Notes under the pieces: model-generated
Database searches by the model: none
Told to the model about the DNA's origin: nothing
What the model saw: the letters and a program-made list of their open reading frames with translations, nothing else
Assembly (NCBI GenBank): GCA_044228685.1
Contig: JBGAUL010000002.1
Location: 206,218-270,217, forward strand
Direction: 5' to 3'
Length of the DNA: 64,000 bases
Source: Chlorobiota bacterium
GTDB lineage: Bacteria; Bacteroidota; Ignavibacteria; Kapaibacteriales; NICIL-2
Shown: in pieces, positions 55,601 through 63,277 of the stretch
Numbering within the stretch: the first letter of the stretch is position 1
Layout of the letters: every line of letters begins with the position of its first letter
Made by a program: the position numbers and the translations under genes

Positions 55601-58600
55601 ACGCACCTGGATTAAGAAAGTTGAAACTGACGGCAGCGTCAATGAAACTGATCACGCTAAGGCGACATTTACAACCTTGATCAGAGCGAGCGGTGAGTTC
55701 ATTGCGGAAGCAACCATGGACAAGTTCACGCCGGCAGGTGCGCCGGACTTTGTCATGGAATGTGATACCATCGTTCTAGACTTTTCGGATCACGACAATC
55801 CAAGTACCATTCACTTCCCTGAGCGTTATCGAGGCAGCACAGACAACACCTGGCGTGGCTTCTACATGCATCGTCTCTTCATGCAGCTTCCATCGCAACT
55901 GCGTACCTTCTCTGAAGATCGTCCGATGAAGCTTGGCATTCAAGACATGATCATCGATCGCACCGGATTGTCGCTCAGTGTTCGTCTTGAAAACGTCATT
56001 CAATACCCACGAGGCAACTTCGGCGAATGGGGTGCAAGTATTGACACGATTGGCGTCGACTTGGTCTCATCGTCGCTTGAACGAGGCTTCCTTTCAGGAC
56101 GCTTCCAAATTCCTATCTCCGATTCTGCACTCGATTACTCAGCTGTTATCGCACGAGCTGCGAGCGGCTCGGGAGTTGAATTCCGCTTCAACATTCGTCC
56201 ACGCGACACCATCAATGCCCGACTCTGGGTGGCGCAGTTAACGCTGGATCCAACCTCATACATTCGTTTGACGGCCAACTCTGCTCGCTTCCAAGCTGAG
56301 GCGAACTTCAGTGGAGCACTATCGATTGTTGGAGATGTTGGATCCGTTCACGGTGTACGTTTCGGCGGAATCAGTTTTCAAAACTTCCACATACAATCCG
56401 TCGAACCCTATGTGCGGGTTGAACATTGGTCCTTTGCTTCACCGCAGCACGGCTTCGCGATGTCGCCTTCTCCTGAACCGAGCCCTGACGAAAGCTCCGG
56501 CAGCGCAGGCAGTGGCGGCGGAGTTTCGGGATTTCCTGTGAGTATAGGAAACATCAACATTGTGAGTCGCAGTGCGAGTGGAGGTTTGCCGGGACTTGGC
56601 ATTCAATTCACACTCAGCGTCAATCTTCAACCAGGTAACAACGCCATTAGCGGTGGAGCAACCTTCTCCATTTGGTCCAAGGTGGTCGTCGGCTCTGGTC
56701 CGATGCACATCGACTTCGACGGATTCCAACTCGACTCGGTTGGCATTCACGCTGACTTCGGTGCAGTCATTGTCAACGGTCAACTCCGCATCTACAACCA
56801 AGATCCCACCTTCGGCGATGGCTTCCGCGGCAGTGTACAAGCCAACTTCGTGCACATGGTGGAGATCTCGGCAACGATTCAATTTGGAAGCGTTCACGAC
56901 TACCGTTATTGGTATGTAGATGCTCGCGCAGTTCTTGCGACCGGTATTCCTGTGTTCCCGGGTGTTGGATTCTACGGTTTTGGTGGCGGTGCTTGGTACA
57001 ACATGCGACGTGTGGTGCGATCTGAGGCTGATGCTCGGCGCGGCATTGCGCAAACGGGTTCAAGTGACTCTACGGATCGAGCTTCGTCGGCACCTCCGGG
57101 TGCAACCAATTCGGGCGAACGATACGAACCATTCCATTCCGATGCCGGTGAGTCTTTTGGATTCTACGCAATGGTCACGATGGGTACCATGCCCAAGTCA
57201 GATGCATTCAATTGCGACGTCCGACTGGAGATCAGCTTCATCGGTGGTGCTATCAACGAGATTCGTTTGCGTGGCGATGGATATATGCTTGCGGATGTGA
57301 TGCATCGACCGGACGCGAAGGTGACAATTGTGGCGGATATCTATTACAATTTTCCGGATAGGATTTTCCATGGCGACTTTGACGTGACGATCAACGCGGC
57401 TGTTGTCACAGGACACGGTCATGCCGTCATGCACTTTGCTCCAACAACTTGGTACATCAAAGTCGGCGATCCTGAGCGCGAGAAGATTCACGTCACGATT
57501 GCTGACTTGGTTGAGATTCAAGCTTATCTCATGTGCGGACTCGATCTACCAAACACCATGGTCGTACCGCCTGAAGTAGTCGCCATTTGCGGCATGCCTC
57601 CTGCTGCCCGCGGAATGGAGCAATTGAGTCGAGGCGACGGTTTCGCTTTCGGTGCCAGCGCATCAATGAACGTGGAGGCGCGCTTCCTCATCTTCTACGC
57701 ATCGGTGCAGCTACTCTTCGGCTTCGACGTCTCACTCATGAACTACGGTTCTGCAGCCCGATGCGAAGGAACCGGAGCGCCAATGGGCGTCAATGGATGG
57801 TACGCACGAGGTCAGCTCTACGCCCGACTCGGTTTGGCCGTAGGCATCGATGTTGATCTCGGCTTTGTAAGTGGGCGATACGAAATTCTCAGCGCTGAAA
57901 TCGCCGCCATCTTGCAAGCCGGATTACCTAATCCAACCTGGATGTCGGGAGCGTTTGGTGGACGTTACTCAATTCTTGGAGGACTCATCAGCGGCTCCTT
58001 CAACTTCCAATTCAAAGTTGGGGAAGAATGTCGATTACCGGTCGAGAGTGGTTTGTCCAACATCGATCTCATCAATGAGATCTCACCGGCCAATGGTTCA
58101 ACCGACGTCTCAATCGGCGTTGAGCCGGCAATTGCCAGCAACTTCTTGCTTGAGAGACCATTTGAAATTTTGGAGCTTGATCCAAATGACGGCAACACGT
58201 ACATCCGCACCTATCGCGTGCGTATTCGCGAGTTCCGTCTCAACCAAGAAGTAGCAGGTGCGGCAGTCGCATGCCTACCAGCTCGTGTTGACGCCAATGA
58301 TCGTCATTATGCAATTCTCTCTCCGAGCAATGTCCTACGTCCAAACCGTGCACGGTACACCGCTACAGCTACTGTGTATGGACAACGCTTTGACGATGCG
58401 GCTGCGCTATCGAGCAACGATATCAGTGCTGCTGATTCCAATCGATACCGCTCGCGTATTTCAGCATACATCACCAATGATCGCTATTGGATTAATGCGA
58501 TGCGTCAAGGTGGCTCAAGACGAGGTGAGCCTATTGCACAAACGGTGAGCTCGACATTTACGACAGAGACCTTGCCTGATTCGCTGCGACCAAGCGACGT

Positions 58601-59975
58601 GTACCTTGCCTATCCGCGCAACAGACAACGTCATTACTTGCAAGGTGAGTGTCCGGCTGGATCAATCAACCTCATGGTCGATCGCAGTGATCTCTTCTAC
58701 GCCTCACGTGGTTTGAGCCGTTACGAGTACAAGGTCAGATACGTAAAACTTCCCGGCAACGTTCGCACCGAAGCTTCCGACTGGTCCTACGCTCCGGGTC
58801 CGCCGCCACTCGCTATTGGCGAACGTCCCGTATCTCCGTCGCGTATGAGTGGTGGTTACATTTCCTACACCATTCCGAGCTTGGAGAACAACACCATTTA
58901 TGCTGTGCAGATTATTCGTCGTAAGCTGGAGTTGAGTTCGTCTCTGCGAACCGTCGGACTCGGTGCAGGCAACCGCGGAACTCCAACCATCAACGTTCCC
59001 GCTTCCACATTAGGTGGAAGTGCGATTGCCAATATCGGTCTTACTCGAGCAGTTTTATCAAGCACCATTTATGCTCGTCTTGGCAACACTGTTTCCATCA
59101 ACGCGACGCGTATTTCCGGATTCAATCTCGCACGACAAGTAGCGGATAATGAAAACTTACTCTATCTCTATTTCTTCAAAACCAGTCGTCATAATACACT
59201 CGAACAAAAGGTCAACAGCATCAACAACACCGCAACGAATGCTGTACCGCCATTTCTCAACATGCAGCTCCTCAACGCCTATTTCAGCGGTCCTGAACTT
59301 GTAGATCCTGCAGATGTTGAGGATCAAACGATTGAGGTATCCGGACGACAATACTTGATTCATCCGCTCATCAGCGTCAGTGCACGCACCCGCGGCGACG
59401 AGTGGCACAGCAAGTTCACAGAGCCACAGATTTACAACGAGTTTACATTCATTCGATCACTTCTTGGTTCTAGCTACCGATATCAAACCATGTTTGATCG
59501 CATAGCGCGCACGAGCACGATGGCGACGACTCAGGCAACGGCGAATCCACTGCAGGATTATGAGATTAGTGCAGTGGGTGATCCCAGCATGCAACGTCAA
59601 TTGCAAATGCTCTCACGCATTGCATCGCAACTGCGCTACAACCCTGTTCCGGGCGGTGGAGTAAGCGGAATGGGCTTAGCCACGAGTGCCTACTCTGAAC
59701 CTTCCGGATGGAAAATCACCTACGAACAACCTGTGTTTATCCCATTCGATTTTGGTGAGCTGCGCACACGAGCACTTGCACTTATTAGTATGTACTGCGG
59801 TGGTGGTGACGTTGGCTTCACGCCGCAGGAGTGCGCTCACTTACGTCGCATTGCAAACCAAAGCTATGTTCTTCCACTCCACGGACAATACTCGCTGAGT
59901 TTCAAATACGACTACTACGCTTGTCTTGATCCGGATTCACCAATGCGTTCATTCACAAAACGATTTACCTACTAA
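52620..59975 (+). CDS. Giant 2451-aa secreted protein of unknown function (five N-terminal W...YxWxV modules plus a ~1700-aa non-repetitive beta-rich body; no T9SS CTD)
   Basis: Uninterrupted 7.36-kb ORF 29 nt after the OMP gene. Signal peptide ...NTAMHA|QD. Low-complexity linkers SSSGGGGGSTAG (about 53494-53535) and SPSPEPSPDESSGSAGSGGGVSG (about 56463-56530). I recognise no catalytic or known adhesin motif. Confidence 0.7.
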   Translation: MKKLNSLFLLLLLSIFSNTAMHAQDAVVNVSVRRPVPLSLSTWRTDPSVVTVSVTATRDLNNFVIGFEILNTTTGQSAHTDNAHACMPVFSIRRGETRVINGPQLICNNAINADPDLQRSVASAGAIPEGDYSYCVHLIESDRRTEISTTGRLCDYFTIVWPNPPVLIYPVNIFDLNVNTAQTFTWQPALPLAPGTSAQYRIRVVGVVDGQEARTALDAATASETVLDEFVPTTSKVFTPNFAPFVDLIGRSVPRFTRFAWQIQVVDQYRMPIATRGGTQGKSEIGLFDFTRSSSGGGGGSTAGASCVNPMTLTAYFPAATDTIPWLPPHLIVQWGPWCSEVRNMQYTLHVRERGGSALTDNSRDLNWRSGILSAQGLSAGQEDRARLIITNWRTESGSVAPLNASLRRGPAYDWNVDAQFVRSENGAEQTRTANTSTQSFSIGLKMPVNPEPANNATVDDGSNLSLLYDIPAPAQSMYTPNDLMNVMGRGSASMDFGIAYEVVRVKVSRNRDMSSAIASQTTVSPRYNIVTGDNPADLFGRKRMDHLNLSAGTYYWQVEYCNPEDTNRIYRQGPVWQFNIGGSPIDPRECFRIQPVAPENRATISGGPHVRFSISTNPPTNLNAVRGGRLQIWEMASASEDPATVKGRPALVDERFSGHEAAAIVASSGIGSSSSRSYYNLPFVNGSAPYRFEAHNNTTYLWVFTMQVDGATIRNDGQRCTLSEISSSDGIFTYREGCSDACIAAAPSSTTPSSRTFNIGDDIRVGQFTAHLTRVSGTGSSLSGAATVNIPVFRGGVQVEFNNIQVNDEAQMFEGEMRAVQAPSSPINASVANDLGTALGLTSSQVTSLHGIASDATRLVSNLAMGTPVNLPIGFDRVIEGQRVVIGIIGMVFKPREARLNAALSFPMPAFGPGERIGFGARNICFYPGGFGRDFDIGLVDDLGYTASDTSWSFHFLAPREASGSVRADSGTFARFGCNGFEFIRVKAEVNFPRTWIKKVETDGSVNETDHAKATFTTLIRASGEFIAEATMDKFTPAGAPDFVMECDTIVLDFSDHDNPSTIHFPERYRGSTDNTWRGFYMHRLFMQLPSQLRTFSEDRPMKLGIQDMIIDRTGLSLSVRLENVIQYPRGNFGEWGASIDTIGVDLVSSSLERGFLSGRFQIPISDSALDYSAVIARAASGSGVEFRFNIRPRDTINARLWVAQLTLDPTSYIRLTANSARFQAEANFSGALSIVGDVGSVHGVRFGGISFQNFHIQSVEPYVRVEHWSFASPQHGFAMSPSPEPSPDESSGSAGSGGGVSGFPVSIGNINIVSRSASGGLPGLGIQFTLSVNLQPGNNAISGGATFSIWSKVVVGSGPMHIDFDGFQLDSVGIHADFGAVIVNGQLRIYNQDPTFGDGFRGSVQANFVHMVEISATIQFGSVHDYRYWYVDARAVLATGIPVFPGVGFYGFGGGAWYNMRRVVRSEADARRGIAQTGSSDSTDRASSAPPGATNSGERYEPFHSDAGESFGFYAMVTMGTMPKSDAFNCDVRLEISFIGGAINEIRLRGDGYMLADVMHRPDAKVTIVADIYYNFPDRIFHGDFDVTINAAVVTGHGHAVMHFAPTTWYIKVGDPEREKIHVTIADLVEIQAYLMCGLDLPNTMVVPPEVVAICGMPPAARGMEQLSRGDGFAFGASASMNVEARFLIFYASVQLLFGFDVSLMNYGSAARCEGTGAPMGVNGWYARGQLYARLGLAVGIDVDLGFVSGRYEILSAEIAAILQAGLPNPTWMSGAFGGRYSILGGLISGSFNFQFKVGEECRLPVESGLSNIDLINEISPANGSTDVSIGVEPAIASNFLLERPFEILELDPNDGNTYIRTYRVRIREFRLNQEVAGAAVACLPARVDANDRHYAILSPSNVLRPNRARYTATATVYGQRFDDAAALSSNDISAADSNRYRSRISAYITNDRYWINAMRQGGSRRGEPIAQTVSSTFTTETLPDSLRPSDVYLAYPRNRQRHYLQGECPAGSINLMVDRSDLFYASRGLSRYEYKVRYVKLPGNVRTEASDWSYAPGPPPLAIGERPVSPSRMSGGYISYTIPSLENNTIYAVQIIRRKLELSSSLRTVGLGAGNRGTPTINVPASTLGGSAIANIGLTRAVLSSTIYARLGNTVSINATRISGFNLARQVADNENLLYLYFFKTSRHNTLEQKVNSINNTATNAVPPFLNMQLLNAYFSGPELVDPADVEDQTIEVSGRQYLIHPLISVSARTRGDEWHSKFTEPQIYNEFTFIRSLLGSSYRYQTMFDRIARTSTMATTQATANPLQDYEISAVGDPSMQRQLQMLSRIASQLRYNPVPGGGVSGMGLATSAYSEPSGWKITYEQPVFIPFDFGELRTRALALISMYCGGGDVGFTPQECAHLRRIANQSYVLPLHGQYSLSFKYDYYACLDPDSPMRSFTKRFTY

Positions 59976-59985
59976 GATCACTCTC

Positions 59986-62127
59986 ATGAAAGTTGTATGC
60001 GTTCTTATCGCACTCTGTCTGATTATCCATTCGATGGATGCTCAGAACAAAAAGAGTAGTTCGAAGACCAATAGCGAGCGAAGCGTCGACACTACACAGG
60101 TCGATGATGATCTAGCGCGCACGGCATCCATTCGGGCACTGAGTCGCAATGGTGTTGATTCCATCGTGATTCGCTGGGCTCCAACGAAGGCCGGCGCATG
60201 GTTTACGTACAACACAATTGGTTACGTCGTGGAACGAGGCGACGTCAGCAATGACGAGGCTAAGAACGTCACGCGCTTTCAAGTAATCAACAAACAAACA
60301 ATCAAAGCCTGGACCTTGGACGAGTTCAAGTCGCGCATCAATTCAACACATAAGTATGCGGCAATTGCAGCGCAATGTCTTTATGGCAAAGTCTCAATTC
60401 CTCAGCCCGGTTCAGATGGCAGCGTCAACAGCCTGGCACTAGCTGCGCAAGAGCTCGACAACAAGTTTGCCTTTGCGATGTATGCTGCCGACAACGACAT
60501 CCTCGCTGCCGAAGCACTTGGTTTGCGTTTTGTTGACCGTAACATTCAGCGCGGTCATGAATATGTCTACCGCATACGTTCTGTGCGACAGAGCGAGCGC
60601 TATCTCATCGACACCGCCTATGTGAGTGCCAAAGCAGAAGCTGCCGAAGCACTTATGCCGCCGATGAATCTTAGCGCGACCGAGGAGCACGGTCAGGTCA
60701 CTCTTCGCTGGAAAAACATACCCGTTCTACCCTACTCCGGATTCAACGTCTATCGTCGTGATGCACAAGGCAAGGAGATCTTACTCAACTCCACGCCAAT
60801 CAGTGCAGTTCAAAATCCGAAGTTCAATCAAACTATGGAGCCGTACTATGTTGATACCACTTGTGGGTTCTATGCAAAGCACAGCTACTTCGTTCGAGGC
60901 ATATCAGCATTTGCAGAGTTGAGTCAGGCAAGTAGTGTTGAAGCAATGGGCCGTGACCGCAGCGCACCACCAACGCCGGTGATGAAGAAGCCCTTGATCT
61001 TCAGTAACACAATGGTCCGTCTTGAGTGGGAGATGCGTGCAGAGGCTAAAGACCTTGCAGGTTTTGTTGTTTTACGCAGCGACTCAGTGGCATCGCGGTT
61101 CAAAGCACTGCATGACAAACTAGTTCCGGCCAAGACATTCACTTTCCTGGACACGGCTGCCACAGCGGCTGAGCCCTACTATGCTGTACAAGCAGTTGAC
61201 ACAGCCGGAAATGTTTCCGATTACTTCACCGCCTACGTCGACATCCACGACACGCTCCCGCCGGCAATGCCGCGAGGTCTTCATGGCTCAATAGATACAA
61301 ACGGCGTCGTGCGTCTTGTATGGAATCTCGGAACTGAAAAGGATCTCTTAGGTTATCGTGTTTTGTGGGCCAACGATACAACGCATGAATTCACGCAGCG
61401 CACAAATTTTGTGTTGCAGGACACCATTATGGTGGACACTATTCAGATCAATACTCTGACGCCATACATTTACTACAAAGTTGTGGCAGTTGATACGCGT
61501 TACTTCCATTCGCTGGCTACGCCGATTCTTGCGCTTAAGCGACCAGACGTTGTGCCTCCGCAGGCTCCTCAATTCATCGACGTTCGAGTTAGCGATTCAA
61601 CCGTCATACTTCGTTGGGCACGCTCGCGCAGTCATGATCTCAAGAATCACATCCTCTTCAAACGCGCTCAAGGATCTAAAGAGTGGAAGGAACTCGTGCG
61701 CTTGGGTGCAATGGATCAAATGTATGAGGACAAAACCGTAAACAAACGTAGTACCTATGAGTATCAACTAGTGGCAATAGATAGTACGGGACTTCGTTCG
61801 GAGCCATCAGCGGCAGTGCAGGGGCGTCCTTTCGACACTGGCAAGCGACCAAGTCCCAGCAACATTCGTCTATCCTACGATCCCAAAACCAAGAGCGTCA
61901 CCGTTCAATGGGAATTCAACGCGATGATGTCGGAGAAATACTGGTTCGTGCTGTACAGAGGCTTTGAGGATTTTGATCTGAAGCAAATGCAGGCAATCGA
62001 TGCGCGACAACTATCAGTGACGGATAAAGATCTGGTTGGAAATGGTCGCTATCGCTACGCCGTGAAAGTCATGAGTCCTTATGGAGAATCTCCTTTGAGC
62101 GAGATACAGGAAATCATCGTTCGTTAA
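59986..62127 (+). CDS. Secreted protein with six fibronectin-type-III-like modules (713 aa from MKVVC; the ORF is open from 59926)
   Basis: Starts 10 nt after the giant gene's stop. Signal ...IHSMDA|QN. Recurring FN3 grammar (VTLRWKN...GFNVYRR; VRLEWEM...GFVVLRS...YYAVQAVDTAGN; VRLVWNL...GYRVLWA...YYKVVAVD; ILRWARS...YEYQLVAIDSTG; VTVQWEF...YRYAVKVMSPYGES). No T9SS CTD. Confidence 0.65.
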   Translation: MKVVCVLIALCLIIHSMDAQNKKSSSKTNSERSVDTTQVDDDLARTASIRALSRNGVDSIVIRWAPTKAGAWFTYNTIGYVVERGDVSNDEAKNVTRFQVINKQTIKAWTLDEFKSRINSTHKYAAIAAQCLYGKVSIPQPGSDGSVNSLALAAQELDNKFAFAMYAADNDILAAEALGLRFVDRNIQRGHEYVYRIRSVRQSERYLIDTAYVSAKAEAAEALMPPMNLSATEEHGQVTLRWKNIPVLPYSGFNVYRRDAQGKEILLNSTPISAVQNPKFNQTMEPYYVDTTCGFYAKHSYFVRGISAFAELSQASSVEAMGRDRSAPPTPVMKKPLIFSNTMVRLEWEMRAEAKDLAGFVVLRSDSVASRFKALHDKLVPAKTFTFLDTAATAAEPYYAVQAVDTAGNVSDYFTAYVDIHDTLPPAMPRGLHGSIDTNGVVRLVWNLGTEKDLLGYRVLWANDTTHEFTQRTNFVLQDTIMVDTIQINTLTPYIYYKVVAVDTRYFHSLATPILALKRPDVVPPQAPQFIDVRVSDSTVILRWARSRSHDLKNHILFKRAQGSKEWKELVRLGAMDQMYEDKTVNKRSTYEYQLVAIDSTGLRSEPSAAVQGRPFDTGKRPSPSNIRLSYDPKTKSVTVQWEFNAMMSEKYWFVLYRGFEDFDLKQMQAIDARQLSVTDKDLVGNGRYRYAVKVMSPYGESPLSEIQEIIVR

Positions 62128-62224
62128 AAGCGACGCAGTCCAACTAACAATCAAACAAACTCATACAACAGTTGGCTAAAGTCAGAGCGCTTACTCGTAT
62201 GCGCCTCGCAAAACGATATGTGAC

Positions 62225-63223
62225 CTACTTCGTTTTAAGATCCATTTGTTCCATCATTTCCAGCACGTTCTTTCCGTTGCGACAAACAGCATAGGAAAAA
62301 CCGCTTTGCAGAGCGGCACTGCCAATCTCACCTGCACGATTGAGTGCTAGAAACGCAACTTGAAATTCACGCCAGTCAGGTTGTTTGCGCACGATACGTT
62401 CGATGGCGATATCGCAGGCTTCTTGTGGAGATTTTCCCATGCGCATCAATTCGACGATGATCGCGGAGCCAGCTACGCGAATGACAGACTCGCCTTTACC
62501 GGTTGCACACGCTCCCCCTACTTCATTGTCAACAAACAAACCGGCACCGATGATTGGTGAATCACCAACACGACCGTGGATCTTCCAAGCCAACCCACTT
62601 GTGGTGCACGCTCCCGACAAATTTCCCTTGGCATCTATAGCCAGCATGCCGATAGTATCGTGATTGGATTTGTCGATGTGATTCTTCTTTGAGGGATGAT
62701 ATGCACTCGACTTCAGCCATTTCTTCCACTCTTCGCGTGCGAGGTCGGTGAGGAGATTTTGTTTCTTGAATCCGTTATCCAGAGCGAACTGCAGAGCTCC
62801 GTCACCAACCAACATCACGTGCGGAGTTTTCTCCATGACTTTTCGTGCAACGGAAATTGGGTGCATGATGTGCTCAAGACAAGCCACAGAGCCGGCATTG
62901 CCGTGTTCGTCCATAATACATGCATCGAGTGTGACGCGTCCATCACGATCCGGAAATCCACCATAACCCACGCTTGTCACTTCCGGATCAGCCTCACTCA
63001 CGCGAACTCCTGCTTCAACTGCATCAAGTGCTGAACCTCCTGCGTTCAGGATTTTCCATGCGGCATCGTTTGCTGCCATACCATGAGGCCAAGTGGACAG
63101 TACTATCGGTCCGCTTGTGACAGGTGCGAGACGACTCAGCGCCGGCGTGGCACGCACACCTGTTGTTGACAGTAGCGCAGCACTCGACAAAAGAGATGCA
63201 TTGATAAACTCACGACGTTTCAC
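62225..63223 (-). CDS. Exported Ntn-hydrolase: glycosylasparaginase / isoaspartyl peptidase-L-asparaginase family
   Basis: Twin-arginine-like signal (MKRREFINASLLSSAALL...VRA), an autoproteolytic HDTIG site, and GAGLFVDNEVGGACATGKGE, which is typical of the Asparaginase_2 family. Confidence 0.85.
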   Translation of the reverse strand: MKRREFINASLLSSAALLSTTGVRATPALSRLAPVTSGPIVLSTWPHGMAANDAAWKILNAGGSALDAVEAGVRVSEADPEVTSVGYGGFPDRDGRVTLDACIMDEHGNAGSVACLEHIMHPISVARKVMEKTPHVMLVGDGALQFALDNGFKKQNLLTDLAREEWKKWLKSSAYHPSKKNHIDKSNHDTIGMLAIDAKGNLSGACTTSGLAWKIHGRVGDSPIIGAGLFVDNEVGGACATGKGESVIRVAGSAIIVELMRMGKSPQEACDIAIERIVRKQPDWREFQVAFLALNRAGEIGSAALQSGFSYAVCRNGKNVLEMMEQMDLKTK

Positions 63224-63277
63224 GCTTCATCCTTGATAGTGTGTAAGTAGACCTGGTGCTCATTGTGCACCACTCAC

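Noticed and set aside
56439-57053. Long antisense ORFs inside large genes (e.g. 204 aa at 56439-57053, 169 aa at 10304-10813, 159 aa at 65-544, 163 aa at 24992-25483)
   Set aside because: They lie entirely within much longer ORFs that have clear domain content on the opposite strand. They are Arg/Ser/Cys-rich shadow frames with no motifs.
52620-59975. Identification of the 2451-aa protein as the T9SS translocon SprA/Sov (similar size)
   Set aside because: The size matches, but none of the sequence blocks I remember from SprA is present. The N-terminal third is made of Ig/FN3-like modules, which SprA lacks. The gene also sits in an OMP/FN3 operon not typical of sprA. Only an HMM search (TIGR04189) can settle this.
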